Assembly: GCF_037042905.1 (NCBI RefSeq) | Contig: NC_087249.1 | Span: forward strand, 52,328,001-52,392,000 | Length of the DNA stretch: 64,000 bases | From: Lytechinus pictus | Lineage: Eukaryota | Direction of reading: 5' to 3' | In this document: piece by piece, positions 12,960 through 24,900 of the stretch | How positions within the stretch are numbered: position 1 is the stretch's first letter | Layout: every line of letters starts with the position of its first letter | Position numbers and translations under genes: made by a program | Notes under the pieces: generated by a model | Database searches by the model: none | What the model was told of the DNA's origin: nothing | What the model saw: the letters and a program-made list of their open reading frames with translations, nothing else

Positions 12960-15900
12960 AAAGGTGGGAATATTAATGATGATGATGTGGATCATCTTTA
13001 AGAAGTAATTTTAAAAGATTTTGAACCAGAATAAATAATTGCAGCACTTTATTTTATTTTATTGTTGTCCATACAGGATATAAATGGCCCTACAGGAGAA
13101 GAACAGGTAAAAACTCAATTTTTCCCTCCTTTCTTATTTGTGTTACTAAAATAGGATTGTTTTTTATTTATTTAAAGAATGACATGATGAATACCTTATA
13201 TAAGGAATCCACAGCGTGTTGTGTATTCTATGGGTTTCATGTGTCTTTGACAAACTACTCTTTTCATTTTGGAATCTCTCCAGTATCTCTGATTTCTCCT
13301 TTGTTTTCTGAGGGTTCTTTTATCCAGGTTGTTGGTTCTCATCATTTAACTCATTTGGGACAGTTGATTAAATGAAGCATTATTTGATCATCTTTTATTC
13401 TTCCATTTGCAATGTTATAATTTCTCATACTCTGCTTCATATTCTTTTGAAAGTTTATGTCTTATAAATGGATAGAGACTGATGTAGAATGTCCAGAGAA
13501 GTGAATAAAACTCTCCACTTTGCATATAAAATGGTTTTACCTTTCTATTGTTTTGTCAAATATGAGTGTAAATTGATTATTTTCCCGTAAACACTTTTTA
13601 ACTTTGAAGCGTACCTATGTAAATAAAATGGACAAAGTATTTTAAAGATTAGTTTTTCTGTAACATATTTTGTAATTGTTATTATGGCAGAGCATAAATA
13701 GATATTGAACCAAACCAAGATACATGTATGATATAATGAAATAAAACTATTCTTTAAGCAGAAGATAGGTGTTACACTTCCATTTATTTTCCACCTTTTT
13801 TATTTATTGGTTTGATTTTAAAATATTTATATATAAAGTGCACTAGCTTTTTTTTTAAATGATAATAAAGAAGAATTAAGCTCTACTTGCTATTATTTTG
13901 TTTTATTTATTCAGTATTTAAAAAAAAAAGATTAAAGTTTATTAAAAAAAGTTTACTTCCCTATAACCCCAATATATTTATAGATGTAGCAGGAAAAGCA
14001 AAGACTTATTAGGGACCAAGGATGATTTTGCTCTCACAATGTTAAAAAAGAAAAATACTGCCTGTGTATTAAGTGTCCATGTTATTCACTATTGGTTGAC
14101 TATTGGTCAATTATGAAAAGTATTTTGTAATGAAATTATGTAGGGGGAAACTCTGTAAACAAAATAATATTTTCTATTGGGTTTAAGTTTTAGCGCACAA
14201 TAATTTCATACATTGCAAAGTCTTGGAGATAACCCATGATGATAGATATTGATAGAAGAAGGATACCTATATTTTTTATGAGTCTTTTAACCCAGTCAAA
14301 GCAATGCATACCTTGTTTTTCTTTCAAGAGTAGAATTGAATTTTCTCATTAGAGAGTTCTGTAGTTAACAAACAGGTGATATGTTTTAAGAAATGATTGG
14401 AATATTCAAAATAACAAATGATAAATGGAAACCAATGATGCAAATGATGTTGCAGCCTTCAAAGCCCTCTGGTTTCACTTGTGAATGTGGACGAGATTAT
14501 CAACTTTATACTTTGCATTATTCCCCAGGGTGTGGAAAATGATTGAACCCAATGATCTTACACTCTACCTTTATATTAAGGGCCTCATTGATAACTGGAC
14601 TATTATTATTATCTTACAGATGCAAGGAAAATAAAATGAAAAAAATAAAATACACTTCGTAATATGTGAATGCATGTAGAGCATTACAAGGAAACTTGTG
14701 AGAAAAATTAACACTAAGACTTGTTTAGAGAACTTTACATATTCACTTTAAATCCTGTGGTCTCAAGTTTTTCGTCCTTTTTGATGATTTTTGACATCCA
14801 AATGTATTTTTGCCATGATTCAATAATAGTAATCATTGAAATAAGTGATATAACAATAATAATAATGATATAGATAATCATTGAAAGATAATGACCCACA
14901 TAACCATGCAAATGATTTGATTCAGTCATAGCAATACCTTGTTCACAGTTCAATCACAAGTGAAATGATCGGGCTTAAAACAGGAGCTAGCTAGTCCTGG
15001 CTAAATGTTGATGTATCATAATAGAGAGCTGTAAAACTAACCAATGCTTCTAATACTAACCCTCAAACCAAACACAAAACACTCTGGGTAACAGGAGAGG
15101 GTCCATATTAACCATGTAAGTATATGCCTTATATTGCATGGCTTCCTGCTTTGCTTGCTTTCTCGCCTGCTTCCCTAAAAAAATATGAAAATAAAAACAT
15201 TAACAGATGAATATTTAACAAAAACGCGAGCAACCAGCCAAGCAGGGATATTATATTTTTCATATGTCTAGTTATGTAATCTTTCTAGGTGCCATTTTCA
15301 ATTAGATATTAAATGTACATGTAGCCCCTTTTTCAAATCAAATACAAATATTAACCTTCACGCTAGTGAGTTGCAGTAAAATGCAGGAGAATTTTGATAT
15401 CTAGAAACCTGTCTAATTTTCTAACTTGATTTAATTTAGATGTTAAATATAGTCCCGTTTTTAATTAAATGCAAACACTAGACCTTAATGAAAGCTGATG
15501 AGTTTTAGTAAATGCATATACTGTATATCAGAAATATTGGAAGGAAATTAATCACATCGATGGAAATCATCAAATGAATATTTATGTTTAATATTTATAA
15601 TATTTTAAAATATCATTTCAATCAAATTTTTAAAAAATCTTTGTGGTCGTAATCTATCATAAAAGTACATTGAAAATATGCATTATTTTCTCCATAAATT
15701 TCAAGTCATCCAATACTCTTCTATTGATAGAATGCAACATAATTGCTTTATTCTGAGGATGAAAAATTTAATTTTTTTAATGGAATTGAATCATCTGTAT
15801 AGCATATGAAATTGCACTTAAAAAAAACATACTTGATAAGTTGTCCATTCCTAAAAAGAGGAAATGATTTATCATATTGAAGAAATTAAATTGAATTTCT

Positions 15901-18900
15901 AATTATTCTGACCTCCGCTGCCAATACACCGCTGTTCTCACCTTGACTTCAATCAACCAATAAATTAAACTTGTCCCTTTATATGTGTAATAAAATACAA
16001 CATTTATTTATCTTTATTTTATTAATCACGTCTCTTGTATTTACTCCTCAATAGTCCTGTACGTGCATAGATATTTACCTGAGCAATATTTTCATATTTC
16101 AATCAAGTTAATCACAAAAAATGAAATATTGACCTGAAATAATTTGTCCTAATTATATTGATTTCTTTTTACCTTTCATAAGACATTTTTCTGCTCTATG
16201 ATTTTCAAACAATGATTTGTTCTTATGCATGAAATTACATTTTGCAAATTGTAATGTTTTTTCTCCCAATTTGCCTTTTTTTGCCTTGCCCCATTTGGCT
16301 TTGCTGCTTTCGAAACTCATTGTGTTTTATAATCAATGTTGTAATCAAACAAAGTAGTTATTGTGAATATTTGCATAAAGGACACATTATATAAAACAAT
16401 ACAATTTTAAACTTGCAATAAATGGCACATTGTTTCCATGGAAACCTTGATTTAAGCCCGTCTCACACTGTGCGATCCGATACGACATTATTTTTTTTTA
16501 AATCACATTTTGAATTAAATATGAAAGTTTCAAAAAGAAAAATTACTTTATTTGAAGTTCGGCATGTTTTGAATAATGAAATCATCATTTTGCTTCACGG
16601 CAAGCCCTGTTGTCAGAATAAAGTCCAAATCGGCTTCAAGTCGCAGCCGATGATGAGGTCATCATGATTATTGGATTTGCTTTTATTCCTACATTGAGGC
16701 TTGAACTACATTGAATTATGATTTCAGTAGTCCTATAACTATTATGACCTCGGATTGCTAAGATTTTATTTGTTGGAATGTTCATGTCAAATGTTATTAT
16801 GATTTCTTTGAAAATTGGATCTCAACAAATCACATAGTGTGAGCCGGGCTTTAGATTCCCTCTTAAGCATTATTACCATGTTACAATAGCATTGGTAGTA
16901 TTACTACAAAGGCTCAGTTTTGTACAACCAGAACCAGGTCTTTCATTTTTTGTTGTCGTTTTTTTACTTGTCAGTAACCTAATTTCTAATCAGTCCCATT
17001 TTCCAAATATACATAATCTGTACAGAAATATTTACCACAATTTCATGGCTAATCATTATCTGTATGAACATCATGTTCAGGGTTGGCTCAATAACTTTCT
17101 TCAAATACAATTACCATTATGTAATTGAAGAAATGTTAAGTTACAATTACTTTTGTCAATTACAATTTCAATTACTTTCTAAAAAAGTCATATCAATTAA
17201 ACCAATTTGTATTCTGTACATAGTACCACCTATTTCAACATAATTATATAAACTTACAGAGAAACTGACAAGATGAAGGTTTAAGTTTAAAGAGCATGGA
17301 TTCTGCCTGTTCTTTAATGCTGAAGCAGTTGACTTGAAAAAGTGTCATGAAATTATATGATACATTATGTAAGTTTATTATTGAATGTAATTAAAAGTAA
17401 TTGAATTCAATTACATTTTTTTCAATTACAATTACTTTCTCTTTCAAAATTTAAATGACAATTACGATTGAAATTACTCCAAAAATGTAATTAATTATGT
17501 AATTGATCAATTACCTTGTAAATGAGCCCAACCCTGGTCTTGTTTGAACATATAAGAGAAAGACCCCTTTTAAAAAAGTTTCAGAGTCCCTGTAAAAAGC
17601 TACTATTTCCCTGTATTTGATGTTTGATAAACTGTTGCATAGTTGTATCATAGTCGTATCATATCTTGTAAGGATAATAAACTGGAAGTTATGTTTCTTT
17701 ATTTCATAAAAAACAGACACCTCATGTAATTTTATGATATAAATCTTTGTATGATTACATTTAATTCCTTTTATTTTCTCCTATTGGATTGGTTAGCATG
17801 TAAAAAATGTTTTGATGATATCATCTATATACATGTATAATGTATAATCTACAGGTCTAAGAAAAAAAAGAGACTTTGTGTGTGAAGGCAATGGAAAGCC
17901 TCATGAAAATGTTTTACTTGATGTGCAACACAGTTCATTTGTGTCTCTACATATTACAGAAGTAATATATAGGTGTTTAAGTAATGCTAAATAATTGATT
18001 GTTGGTTTTTCCAGTTTTCCCTTATGATAATTTATGTGGAATGTATCATTATACTTATAATCTAGCTTATTATTTGTATCAGTGATATGATATTTTCAGT
18101 CTTTTATTTCTGACACAAATATTAATATGCTATTTCATTATTATATTGTGTGCATTTCAATATTTTTCAAAGTAAAAAAATCTTCACTTCTCTTTTTAGC
18201 TGAGAGTAATTCATTTCTCTTTTCTGATAGTTGTTCATTGTATAGTGGATTGATATGCAGTGTTAAAGAATTCATGACATTTGAATTGTTGTGACTTTTC
18301 ATTTTTCATTATGCTTGTGGTAGTGTATTTGAAACTGTGCATGAAAACTTGTTCCTTTTTCTCAAATGCTACAACGGTTTGTAATATTCATCAAACAAGC
18401 TGTGTTTGGTATTACAAATTAGTCATTAAATATAAAACTTCATGAAAACCATGAAAACATTAGGTGGAAACCATGATGAGTAAGATCCATTTTAGATATA
18501 AAGTGAATTTCATTCTTTTCTTAATTTAAAAAATACCGTCCATGGGGTGCATGTCCAGCTGGATTGAACACAATACCATTTCAGGGACCATATTTTTTTT
18601 GCACAATAATTGGCCTCTCAAAACTGTTGTTTCTAATCTGGCTGGATCTGCTCCTTAACTCCATGACTTTATAGTTTCACGATGGTTTGTACTCATGTAG
18701 CTAATGCAAGTGGAGGCTGTATCATGAAGATACTGATGATTGAAGAAAAACTTGCCAAGTAATTTTAATTATGGAAAGCCAACTGGTATTCTCAATTACA
18801 TTGCTAAGTTGTTATAGAAGCTCTATTATTATTTTCTTTACAATGTATTGGACAAACAAAACAATTTATTCATAGAAATACATAGTGATTATTAAAAGAA

Positions 18901-21900
18901 ATTTGACAATTTTCATATTTAACATAAGCATATATATGCAATAAAACAGTAATTGATAATGATTCAAATTGCCATGAATCAAGTCAATTTTATTATCTGT
19001 GATTAAAAAGTATTTGAGGATTTTCTGTTGCTTACCATATACATGTATAAAGTCAATTATTAGGGTTTCTCATTGAATATATCAACTTAAAATTATTTTT
19101 TATCACATGTGGCACACTATATATATATTAAGCCAATCATTGCTTTTATGTATACCTGCTGAATTAAAGAATATCTAATGATCCACTTTGGCTTTATACA
19201 TATCAAGTATTTCTTTATTTTTTAAGTCTCCTACATGATTCTGTAATTTCTGTAGATTTTGTACAGGGACCACCTATTTTCAGTTATCTTTGTGTAAAAA
19301 AAATATATATATATATATATTAGAATTACACTTGGCTTCCCTTATTACTTACTTTCCATGGTAATCAAAAGCTTAATTAAGCACTCTTTGATTTCCACTA
19401 TCTTTATTTCCCTTGATTTCTGTTTCTCTATATGACCACCTTGTTTTTCTCTTTCTATTTGTAGCAAATTGAGCTCTGTCGTCGCCTGTACCGTCTCTAC
19501 TGCCAACTGAGGATGTTGTTTGATAGCTACTGTAAACTGATTCATTCTCTAGAGGGCGCCAAGCATGGTCCACATGCCTCACATGTGAGTATTAAAATGT
19601 TCCAAGTTATTCACTTTAATAAATGATTGCTGAACTGATTCAGTCTGGCTCAACGTTCCGAGTATGGCACTGGCAATATTTACTGTACATGGCAAATGGG
19701 ATTTATCTTTTACAAAGTGTATTTAGTCTTTCAAAGCTTTTGTTTGTTTGCAAATTTTCTCTGCAGTGATTGATTGATTGATTGATCGATTGATTGATCG
19801 ATGCAAGAGCAGTGCGCATTTTAGCTTGCATGCAGCTTGAGCGCCACGATTGGGACTCCTTTTTTTTATTTTCAAATGTTGGCAGGCCTGCTATCTGCAT
19901 AGCAGTGTGCATTTTATTATGAAATACAGTTTTTTTGGGGAAAATACAATTTTTTTGTCACAGAATACAATTTTTCATTCCCAGAGGTTGGCAGGTCTGA
20001 TTTGCAAGTATGTCTATCTTTAAGTACAGTGTATTACACAAGAAAAAATATGATTTCTGTCTTGACTGTCTTGCAATCTCAAACAAGCTCAAGCTTAATT
20101 CATAAATAACTTTGAATTTCTATTTTCTGCTGCAGATTGTCGACTTCTCAGTGCTAGTCTGTGCAGCCAAGGAGGAACTGTGTCTTGCAGCTCAGGAACT
20201 AGAAAGTGGCCAGGTTGCATTGTCACCAGAGGGCGACACAGGAATCACCACACCTGAAGCAGCCGTTGTCACCTTGACCAATCATCTTGGACGAAGGGAT
20301 GTCAGACGGGCTCTCAGGTTCTTACATGTATACAGGTAAACATTGCATTTCCCACAAAAAAAATTATCCCTTGAAAATGATAGAAAAATCCAGCTCCTAT
20401 TAAGTTTTGTGGAATTTTCTTTGGACCATTATTTTATGCATCAGAATACAAATACATGTATATTCCAATTTTATATTCATGTATACATTGTAATTTTGAC
20501 TGTTTTGCTCTGCATAAATGAAATCTTTGTAGTGCATGTCGGCCTTATACATAGAAAAAAAAGGAAAAAATTGGCTTTCGTAATTTTTCTATGTTGAAAT
20601 CTTAAAATTAGATTACAAAGTTGACATCTTGAAAAATTTGAAGTGAAATTGGGTGTTAAATATGCAAATATTGTTTTTCATAGTGCTGCAAGTCAGGCGC
20701 CATGTTCGGGTTCGGTTCGGTTCGGCAAGGTTCGGCAGAAATTTGCCGAACATTGGTTCGGTTCGGGGTTCGGTAATGATAGACTGATAAAGCTATAGGC
20801 CTAGTTCATTCAGGTATACGTAGCGTACCGGTAGACAATTTGTACTTGATTGACTGCATGTGCTCGCGTGTACCTCTGTCACATCAAACCATTTTATCTC
20901 TATCTTGTTGACATGAGACTATGAAAGTTATAGCGCTCAACGAATCAACTGTTATCTCGAATTTGATTATCTGATGACATATTTATTGGGTAACTCACAG
21001 TTCTAAAATGGCGACTCTTCCTAGTCGTCCATACCTGGACCACACTTTGGATACTTGCCAAATTAACTACGCTCGCACTCCAGCGCATGCAGTCCCCGGC
21101 CTTGTAGCGGGACTCTGAGCTCATGAATATTTATATATACTAGTACAGTCCGGCCAAACGTGATTGGCATCACATACGAGGCGGCCATGCCAGCGCCAGT
21201 GCACTGAACTGTAGGCATAGTAGGGCCAGGGGCGTGTCGAAGAAAGCGTGCTTATGTAATGCGCCTTTCGCTAATTGGCTCGATGGGTGAACTAAACCAC
21301 CAATCGCATGTCGCTGATTGTCGTATCGGTACATGCAGCCACGTGCTTTGTCTGCTCGCGAAACTCAGCTCACTGATTGAAGAGCAATTCCCGAGATTTC
21401 TATGATTTCATTGGTCAGATTTCATTCGACCATGAACATACAGACCAAGTGGGATGCAAAGTTTTACGACTGCAATGGGACAGGGGGAGTAGAGTGATCA
21501 TCGCATTGTTTATGGTTAATTTGAGAAGTTGATAAGATTGGGGGTCATTTTCCCCCAAGAGATGAATGTTTCCGCATGGCTTTATCTTCATTCAACTTGT
21601 CAACGAGGGGAAGGGGATCTTGCTATATGCTTTACCGTAATCATTCATGAGTGTTTGATTTTTATTTTCATCTGATTGTTAATAATAAAAAAGATAACTT
21701 CACCTCATCTCATTTCTATATTATTTGTTTTGCGTCTCTCCTTTCCATCTCTAACAGTCACTCACTTTATTTCCCACTTTCACTGGATCTCTCGTTTTCA
21801 AAACTCTTTACTTCTCTCTAAAATCATGAAAACTAGACAGTAGCGAGCCGACACCTCAATAATAATGTCAATCACCTCAATCAGATCTTTATTCTCCGCC

Positions 21901-24900
21901 GCAACAATACACGAGTTACGATCTTAATCACATCGTATCGTAATTCGTAATATTAATGGTACTTCATCTTTCACTTTCAGTTTATTGAGCTCGTTCATTC
22001 AAAATACTTTGAAGATTTTCAAACAAGAATCTTGTTCGCCACCTAAAAACAACAATATTTTAGATAATTAGATTTAACCAATGAACACATGTGACACATA
22101 CAGTTTTGGTTTTCTTTACCATGCTTCGGCGATTCGGCCACAGAGCGAGAGATGATGAAAGCCAGTAAAATGATTATAGCGCAAGCTCGCGCAACATCAT
22201 TCATCGGATCTCCTTTCTTAATCAGGGCCGTAAAAACCACAATGTCAACATGAAAATGAAAACAAAATCTAGTAACCGCAAAATAAGCGCATACTTCCAA
22301 CATACAATTGCAAAGAAGATTAAATAGAGAATGCGCAAATATAATGATTAGAAAGGGTGTAAACTTATAAATTTATTAGCTGAAAGCCGTTTTTTTTTTT
22401 TTTTGCCGAACTTCCGAACCGAGTCTTAGTGTTCGGTTCGGTTCTGTTCGGTTCGGAAGTGCCATGTTCGGCGAACTACCGTTCGGTTCGGCGGTTCGGC
22501 TACAGCACTAGTTTTTCACTAATAAATTTGCATATTTTATTCATAATAAATGAAAAAAAATTATTTTCAGATTTTTTTTTATACTGGCTTTTTTTATACT
22601 GACGTTCATGTGATAAAGAAAGTGCGTGCCAAATTTATGCGCAAACGGCGGCCAAGATCACCCCCCCCCCTTCAGTCCTCAATGCATCTCAAATAGCCCA
22701 GTCCTTTTAGGGTTAAAGTATGATTTCTGATATTTCCTAGATGGTCATCTATCTATTATCCATTATGAACTGAACATGCAATCATGGGATAATGTTCATG
22801 ACATAGGAGTATGAACCCAAATCACAAGTTGATCAAGTTTTCAATGAACTTTCTTTATCTTGACCATTCATAATGATGTGGTAATAATAATAATATGTTC
22901 ATTTATATAGCGCTCTTACAATATATCATTGTTTCACAGCGCCTTACACAATAGAAAATTATAATAACTAATACATGTTAATATTATTGATTAAAAAGCA
23001 GAGTCTTGAGATGTTTCTTAAATACTTCCAAAGAAGGAGAAAGTCGCATATATCTTGGAAGGTCATTCCAGAGTCTTGGGGCACATGTCTGAAAAGCGTT
23101 GTCACCTGCTTTAGTATTTGTCCGTGGAATATGGAGTAGAGTAATGTCCGTACTCGAGCGTAGCCCGGGACGTTCTGACTGATGTAGGCGGATGAGAGAT
23201 TTCATGTAGTGTGGAGCTTCATTATGGACAATCTTGAAAACAATGGTCATAATCTTAAAGACAATACGTTGCTTCACTGGAAGCCAATGCAACTCTCTTA
23301 ACAGAGGAGTAACATGATCGTGCTTACGAGCTTTGAAAATCAACTTGGCTGCACGGTTTTGGACCCTCTGAAGACGTTGCATCTGTGACGAGTTGATTCC
23401 ATACAAGAGTGAATTTGCATAGTCAAGACGTGACAATACAATGGCTCGAACAGCATGTTCACATACCTTGGCAGTTATGTAGGGTCTAATGCGGGCTATG
23501 TTCGAAAGCTGACAATGAAGTCCCCGACAAAGTGCTGAAACTTGTTTATCCATTTTTGCCTCTAAAGTTTCCTACCCCTATTCTCGTTAATAATACTTTG
23601 TGTCAATTATCTTTGATTATGTTTTTAGGTCAATGTGGTCTGGTGAGCTCTTTGGTTCCAGTGAGGAAGATGATCAGGATGTTCTCTTGGCTTTACTATG
23701 TAAACAACTTGCTGATGGCAGGAGTGGTATGTAATTGATTTAAGTTTATGGCAGGGGGGTGTTCATAAAGCAAGTCATTATTGAGTTACCCCTAGTCGGT
23801 AAAATGTAAAGGAATTTACTGAAATGCAATAAGTTTTTGATTTTTAACTCCGTCTATAGTATTTCTAATATGTTTTCCAAAATAAATTTATGTTAATTAT
23901 ATTAACCCATTGGCTATGGAAACCAGTTGGTAGCTGTACAATTTAGAGCAGGCAGTAGTAAGAAGCTTATACTTTGAGCATCTGCATATTTCAAAGTATT
24001 GGAAAATATATATGAATGAGAATGAAGTGATGAAGGTGCTTTATAAACATCTCATGTCTGCTGTCTAACTTTTTGAATATAATTTGAGTGATCATTGTGG
24101 AGGTGTTGTGGCTCAGTGGGTAAGTCTCCAGACTTTAAACCGCAAGATCTATGGTTTGAATCCCACCGCAGCACTCTTGTCTTTTGGCAAGGTGTTTATC
24201 TACATTTGCCACTCTCCACCCAGGTGTAGTGAATGGGTATCCAATAGGAAGAAATTGATTGAATGCTCGAGCGCCTAATCAGGGTAGCCGTGCTAAGAGT
24301 ATGCTATGGTTAGAAACGTCGTATTAAGTGTTGTATTAAGGAAACCAGAATACAAGGAGAGAATCCGTCTTATCAGAAAGAGTAAAATTAGAGGAGCAAT
24401 CTAAAATTTGTTTCATCAAAATCATTTGTAGAATAAGTGAGTTATGAAAGTCTGAAAATTATTGTTGTACTTTCTATGGGGATTCTCAAATTTGCAAACA
24501 TGCTTCAAAATGGCTGATTTTGTGGACAACTCTCCATTTGTTTTGTACACAATTTTCAGATTTTCCCTGTTATCTTTCAAATTGCATCTTGCCTCCTCCT
24601 GTATGATGATACACCAACCTGGTGGACTGTACTTTAACGGATGATGATGATGACCTTGCCATAATGTGGTGTAAATTATATTTTCCCATGACATATCATA
24701 TATTATGCTCAGAAGGAGGCAAGATGCAAATTGAAAGATAACAGGGAAAATCTGAATATTAGTGTACAAAACAAATGGAGAGTTGTCCACAAAATCTGCG
24801 ATTCTGAAGCATGGTGGCCAATTCGAGGATCCCCATAGAAAGTATAACTAGACTTTTTAAATGCCCATAACTTGCTTATTTCTTAACCAATTTTGATGAA

